DNA of 35,333 bases from the NCBI RefSeq assembly GCF_018977255.1, contig NW_024705545.1:1-35333 (forward strand), read 5' to 3'. Shown here in pieces: positions 29,239 through 35,333 of the stretch. The DNA comes from Callorhinchus milii (taxonomy: Eukaryota). The position numbers were made by a program, and so were the translations under genes. Within the stretch, counting starts at the first letter, position 1; each line of letters begins with the position of its first letter. Under the pieces are notes generated by a model. It made no database searches, had not been told where the DNA came from, and worked only from the letters and a program-made list of their open reading frames with translations.

Positions 29239-30190
29239 TTAACAGAAGTTCTCAATACTTTGATTATCCAGCCACTCCAGCAGCCATTTCTCATTATCAA
29301 CCTGCATGGGGTCGAAATAGGAATTGTCGTCAGGGCTCAGTACATCCAGCCATCTCGCAGGATCCAACTGCATGGGGTCGAAATAGGAATTGTCGTCAGG
29401 ACTCATTACATCCACTACATCCACGCATCTCTCAGGATCCACCTGCATAGGTTCGAAAGATGCATTTTTTTCAGGACTCATTGCAGCACTTTGTGTTTCA
29501 CCTTTTGATTTCACTTCCCTATCATTGCTGATCTTCTCATGCTTGTTTCGGGGTGATGACCGTGTCCTCTCCAACGAAGGACAACAATTGGACGGCTTCT
29601 CGCCCGGTGTGTGTTTCTGGTGACTATAAAGATTTGATTTACGTGAAATGACTTCTCACACACAGAGCAATGAACGGCTTCTCGCCCGTGTGTGTTTTTG
29701 TGAGTGTGAAGATCTGATGAATACGGCAAATGCCTTCCCACACACAGAGCAATTGAATGGCTTCTCACCCGTGTGTGTTTTTGGTGAGTGTGAAGAGTTG
29801 ATTTCGTGCAAATACCTTCCCGCACACAGAGCAATTGAACGGCTTCTCGCCCGTGTGTGTTTTCTGGTGAGTGTGAAGAGTTGCTTTCTGTGCAAATGCC
29901 TTCCCACACACAGAGCAATTGAACGGCTTCTCGCCCGTGTGTGTTTTCTGGTGACGGTTGATTTCTGTGCAAATGCCTTCCCCACAGAGCAATTGAACGG
30001 CTTTCGCCCGTGTGTTTCTGGTGAGTGTGAAGTTTTGTTTCCGTGAAAATGCCTTCCCACAAAGAGAGCAATTGAATGGCTTCTCACCGAGTGTGTTTTT
30101 TGGTGATTGCGAAGAGTTGATGAATCTGCAAATGCCTTCCCGCTTCTTGCCAGTGTGTGCGTGCCGCTGTGGAGAGTTTTTCTGCTCCAT
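29239..30190 (-). CDS. ZF gene copy 12: ~6 fingers + partly deleted first finger, divergent helices, many indels
   Basis: ORFs 29765-30190, 29656-30252 and 29239-29574. Helices such as QKATLHT and the extra VVD in the tail differ from the core. Confidence 0.72.
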
Positions 30191-31048
30191 GTTACTGATT
30201 CTTCAGAGCAGAGAAGCTGCGTGGATGTCTGGCTCAAATCGCCAAGAAGCAACTCTTACCAACGTCTAACTGAGACACAGTAACGTCTCCTAAGTCGGAC
30301 TACACACGCGATTACCAGTTTATCCACTAACAAAGACACTTACTTGTTGATGCACGGCGTATCGATGTCCCTGTAACCCGTCTGAAGAGATCGCCACGAA
30401 CTCTCCCGAAGCAAAGTCCCCAACCAGTCGCCAAGCAATCGTGCTCGCCAGGCTGGGTCTCGTGGAAGAAGGGTTATCTGCAGAGCGGGGAGTCGAGCGT
30501 CTATCCTCAGCAAAATCCCTCTCGAAATGACCTTGAGGTCTGATTTTAAGCCCCTTATAACTTCGCTCTAGCATCCAAATCCTTTGTTCTAGACTTGGCC
30601 TATTATGGACTTTGCATTCAATTGTTAATTTTTACATTAACAATCCGCATATCTAGCAACATTACGTATGTACATCTCACTGCATAATTGTACACTTCCG
30701 TTTGAATAAGGATGTGCATCTCCATGCATAATTCCGTGCTTCGTGTTAATTTGCTAATATTCACCCCCAATGTCCTCTAAACTGCTGCAAGTTTAGAGGA
30801 TTATAAAGCGACATACAGCTTGAAGTATCAAAATTGGTGATCTCGAGCTTGATTTGGAATAAGATGTGCAAGTTTATACTGTACTGACTTTGTTTAATAA
30901 ATATATTTAAGGACAATCGTGTTGAGCGGGGTGCTTCTAGAAACGAGTGTTTTATATTATAATTTCTGCCATGAACTTTTTAATATCATCTGAATGGTTT
31001 AGCTTGTAAGCGTGGTTTATTATCATGTCCATATTAAAGGTTTTTTTT

Positions 31049-31078
31049 NNNNNNNNNNNNNNNNNNNNNNNNNNNNNN
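31049..31078. other. Assembly gap (30 N)
   Basis: Run of N characters. Confidence 1.
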
Positions 31079-31778
31079 ATTAGACAGAACGATGGACGTA
31101 ATGATCCCCCATGTACGGGAATTATGGACTATAAATCTACGGTGTCAAGCAAAGCACCTTATTATTGTATTACCCGGGTCAATTCAAAAGCGAGGTCAAT
31201 CTTGCATCGGCAACTTTTACATAAGTGACCAACTCACATGCCGCTGTTGCTTGGCGGTTTTAATTAGGAGCGTAATTAGCGGTCGGTTTCTGTCACTCCA
31301 ATGCTTAATCGATTCAGGTAGACGGTAATCGGGATAGTGCTTCGGAAGCCATGGAATGTTGCGCGCTACTGTTAAGCACACGAAGACGTTGACCACACTT
31401 GCTGAAGCCAGGAGCCATCTAATTAGCAATGTGATTGCTAACGTTTGCAATTGTGTCCTTGAGTAGAAACGGGTACTAACCCGAATTTTGAATACGCGAA
31501 TAGATCTGCTCGAGAGTTCTGTAACGGGAGTAATGAAGTTCGTTCGATACAAGCAAGGGTGCAAGCCGGAGTAGTCCATAAAATGTCAACCATGTACCAG
31601 GAGTGCAATCCATCTGACAATCGATCAGTTGGTGAGTGAATTAGCTGGGAATTCCTGCAAATGATGTCTGGGCCAATCATGAGTGCGTTACCAGTAATAT
31701 GAACGCATGACCGCTCGTGATGGATTTAATACAACAACAACGACTAATATGCCCTCAATGATAGCTATCCCAAGAGCT

Positions 31779-31823
31779 CTGTGGAAACGAATGCTGAAGA
31801 TTAAGTGGACACCAGACGTAACA
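31779..31823 (+). mobile_element. Possible short RTE-clade LINE fragment
   Basis: Translates LWKRMLKIKWTPDVT, resembling the RRMLxIxWTxxVTN motif downstream of the RT domain in RTE elements. Very short, recognised by eye only. Confidence 0.3.
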
Positions 31824-31929
31824 TCCAAGCCATCAAATACAAGAACAACGAACGTGCAATCCACGCACACTCTGAAACTAATTATTTTAAGTTATTTTGT
31901 TTATTACACGATAAAACATTTTTAAGAAC

Positions 31930-32079
31930 ATCTTCTTGGTTCTTTCAGTAAAGTCACGTAGAATGTAAATAATAAAATAAAAATAATAAAATATTATTTT
32001 ATTATTTCCATTAAATGTGACTTTACCGAAAGAACCAAGAAGATGAATCCCTGCAGTCACGAAAGCTTTAAATCCAAAA
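31930..32079. mobile_element. Independent, shorter insertion of the same palindromic family, lacking the ribozyme-bearing centre
   Basis: Same termini (atcttcttggttctttc.gtaaagtcac ... gtgactttaccgaaagaaccaagaagatg) and same tail (aatccctgcagtcacgaaagctttaaatc). Different target, flanked by TTAAGAAC(AT) repeats. Confidence 0.75.
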
Positions 32080-32488
32080 TTAAGAACATGTTTAAAATAT
32101 TGAGCAAAGTTGTGATCACAGTATTTCTCCAACTTTAGCTCAACAAAATCACTTAACCACGAGAGTAAAATTAGAAATTGAACCACCACACAACCACTGC
32201 TCTTCACAACACATCAACAAGTAGTCCGATAGGACTACAAAGCACCACCTTAACGTGACGAAGTCTGGAATAAACTTTAACACGCACACATTTACTAGTC
32301 CCGATGATACAACCACCAGACGAAGCAACGCATCTATAGAAGTATAACATTGTTGCCATCCTGAAATAAGTGAACACTTCTGGAACTTAAAAGGAATTCG
32401 TTCATCTGAACAGATTATAGAGCATTCACAACATCACTCTAGCTCGAAGAGACACGAATATACACAGGGCAACAGTTAACAGATGTAC

Positions 32489-33066
32489 TCAATACGTTTG
32501 AGTCTTCAGCCACTCCACTACATCCAGCCATCTCTCCGGATTCAACTTCATGGGGTCGATAGTGGAATTATCGTCAGCGCTGATTATATCCACTACATCT
32601 CGCCGTCTCTCAGGATCCAACTGCATGGGGTCGAAAGAGGAATTGTCGTCAGGACTCATTGCATCCGCTACATTCAGCAATCTCTCAGGATCCACCTGCC
32701 GAGGTTCGAAACATGCATTTTTTTCAGGACTCATTTCAGCACTTTGAATTTCACTATTTGATTTCACTTCCCTATCATTGCGGATCTTCTGATGCTTGTT
32801 TGGGGTGATGACTGTGAACATGTCCTCTCCCTCGTAGAGCAATTTAATGGCTTTTCATCCGAGTGTGTTTTCTGGTGCCTGTGAAGAGCTGACTTCCATG
32901 CAAATTCCTTCCCACAAAGAGAACACTTGAATGGATTCTCGCTCGAGTGTGTTTTTTGGTGACTGTGAAGATTTGATTTCCGTGAAAATGCCTTACCACA
33001 CACCGAGCAATTGAATGGCTTCTCGCCCGTGTGTGCGTGGCGCTGTGGAGAGTTTATCTGCTCCAT
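32489..33066 (-). CDS. ZF gene copy 13: divergent 2-finger paralogue with 3-repeat tail ending [13 protein letters not shown]
   Basis: ORFs 32764-33066 and 32489-32842. Length 578 nt; a single 1-nt deletion (~32801) breaks a 192-aa frame. Helices RKSNLHS and WKSALHR. Confidence 0.8.
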
Positions 33067-34051
33067 GTGACTGATTCTTCAGAGCAGAGTAACAGTCGCG
33101 GGTGTTGTTGAGAGTTAAAGGCACCCTCTAAGCTGCGTGGATGTCTGGCTGAAATCGCCAAAAAGCAACTCTCACTAACGTCTAACCGCGACACAGGAAG
33201 TCGGACTACACACGCGATTACCAGTTTATCCACTAACAAAGACACTTACTTGTTGATGCACGGCGTATCGATGTCCCTGTAACCCGTCTGAAGAGATCGC
33301 CACGAACTCTCCCGAAGCGAAGTCGCCAACCAGTCGCCAAGCAATCGTGCTCGCCAGGCTGGGTCTCGTGGAAGAAGGGTTATCTGCAGAGCGGGAGTCG
33401 AGCGTCTATCCTCAGCAAAATCCCTCTCGAAATGACCTTGAGGTCTGATTTTAAGCCCCTTATAACTTCGCTCTAGCATCCAAATCCTTTGTTCTCGACT
33501 TGGCCTTATGGACTTTGCATTCAATTGTAATTTTTCATTAACAATCCGCATATCTAGCAACATAATACGTATGTACATCTCACTGCATAATTGTACACTT
33601 CCGTTTGAATAAGGATGTGCATCTCCATGCATAATTCCGTGCTTCGTGTTAATTTGCTAATATTCACCCCCAATGTCCTCTAAACTGCTGCAAGTTTAGA
33701 GGATTATAAAGCGACATACAGTCTGAAATATCAAAAATTGGTGATCTCGAGATTGATTTAGAATAAGATGTGCAAGTTTATACTGTACTGACTTTGTTTT
33801 ATAAATATATTTAAGGACAATCGTGTTGAGCGGGGTGCTTCTAGAAAATGAGTGTTTTATATTATAATTTCTGCCATGGACTTTAAATATTCATCTGAAA
33901 GATCGCTTAAATATACAAATGTGTAGTTGAAACCCGCCACCACTCGACAAAGCCAACTAGTAAGGGTTGTCACGTAAACAGAACATGCAATTTGTCACTA
34001 GCACAGCACACCGGTGTGTTGGAGAGCCAAGCCACAACATTTACAATCTGA

Positions 34052-34136
34052 GTACGACGTTTCGCCTGTAATTAAAACTAGCTTCATCAGTCGACAGCCA
34101 GATTTGGGAAGTCTCACTGTTTTGTTCCTTATATAG
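34052..34136 (-). mobile_element. Different Penelope-like terminal-repeat remnant with minimal hammerhead motif; partial copy at ~2672-2722
   Basis: Minus strand: TATATAAG ...~40 nt... CTGATGA-A-GCTAGT-tttaatt-ACAGGC-GAAACGTC. Core and stem II are present; stem I is poor. Confidence 0.55.
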
Positions 34137-35333
34137 AAGCATAGATGTGTTGACCACGCAGCGGGGCATCTAAGATTCATATCGTCAGCTTAACCTGTGA
34201 AAATAATGACAAAACCCCGCTATACAAGTATACTACTGTTTGTATGTACATGGATCTGTACTTCTGTGTATGTCCACTCGTGTGTGGGTGTGTGTACATG
34301 GGAGTGTATATGTGTACTCGTGTATGATTATGTATTGGAACAAACAAATTGTTTTTATATTGTGTCGTACAAATCATTTAAGGGAAACGTGGTCGGAATG
34401 CGCCACCACAACAGGGAACTACAGGGATGAGACTCCCCGCTCGTGGTGCTAAATGAATGAAAACAGCGCCACTGAGCAGACAGAGCCCCGCCCCTACAGC
34501 TCGTGAGTGTGACGTAGTGAGTGTGACCAGCGGACTGCCACGATGCTGCCAGGTAAGGGTAAACTTGTGTGATGGAGATGCTTCACCTGAAACTCGCCTC
34601 CACACGTGTTCGCTATGAACATTGTAGCAATAAGGGACGATCAGTCATCTTTAACATAGCAGGTCTTTATTGTTCTGCAAGTATATTAACGTTAAAACTC
34701 GTAGAAACACATGCACACTCGTGTGTGAATGTACAACGCTGTATATACAGTCGTGTTTGGATGCACACTCGTGTGTGTATGTCTACTCGTCCGTGTTTTT
34801 TTAAAGGAAAATATGGTAGCAATAACGTACGATCAGTCATCTTTAAAAACAAATCAGGTCTTTATTAATCTGCAAGAAAACTCACGTTAATACTCGTATC
34901 GAAATCTTTATTAATACGCAGGCTCAAACAGGAAAGGAACTAGGCAAATTATTTCCCAATAGGAATTCAACAGTTAAAAGATATTCTTAAAATCAAACAC
35001 GTAAACGTCGATTTCCCCTTTGACGTCCTTTTCCACTGAAGCCATTCGTCCAGAAGTCCAAGCCATCAAACACAGGAACAACGAACGTGCAATCCACTCA
35101 CACTCTGAAACCTATTATTTGAAGTTAATTAATTTATTACACAATGATGAAAATTAAAAACATGTTTAAAATATTGAGCAAAGTTGTGATCACAGACTTT
35201 CTCCAACTTTAGCTCAACAAGACCACTTAACCACGAGAGTAAAATCAGGAATTGAACCACCTCACAACCACTGCACATCACACCACATCAACAAGTAATC
35301 CGATAGGACGACAAAGCACCACCTTAACGTGAC

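Overview
Animal (metazoan) genomic DNA; the lineage cannot be fixed from sequence alone. Almost the whole window is a head-to-tail tandem array of one minus-strand gene encoding a C2H2 zinc-finger protein. I count 13 copies, plus the 3' flank of a probable 14th at the right edge. The centre (~17.6-30.2 kb) is a homogenised ~2.77 kb macrosatellite. Positions ~9.4-18.2 kb hold a ~4.35 kb higher-order duplication (a full copy, a truncated copy and a palindromic insertion). The outer copies are longer and more diverged. The consensus core product is ~326 aa: a short leader, 7 TGEKP-linked fingers encoded by an 84-bp minisatellite, a basic linker, and three 22-aa acidic/aromatic repeats ending in WLLEWL that resemble an activation domain. 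No KRAB, SCAN, BTB or SET domain is visible. Each unit appears to carry its own TATA/Inr promoter with Sox/POU-type motifs and a GTAAGT donor. Finger number varies from 2 to 9. Every copy has small frameshifts, many of them probably long-read consensus errors. Also present: palindromic Penelope-like insertions with hammerhead-ribozyme cores and target-site duplications, a relic duplicate of the gene's 3' end in most units, a 30-N gap, and ~750 bp of non-array sequence.
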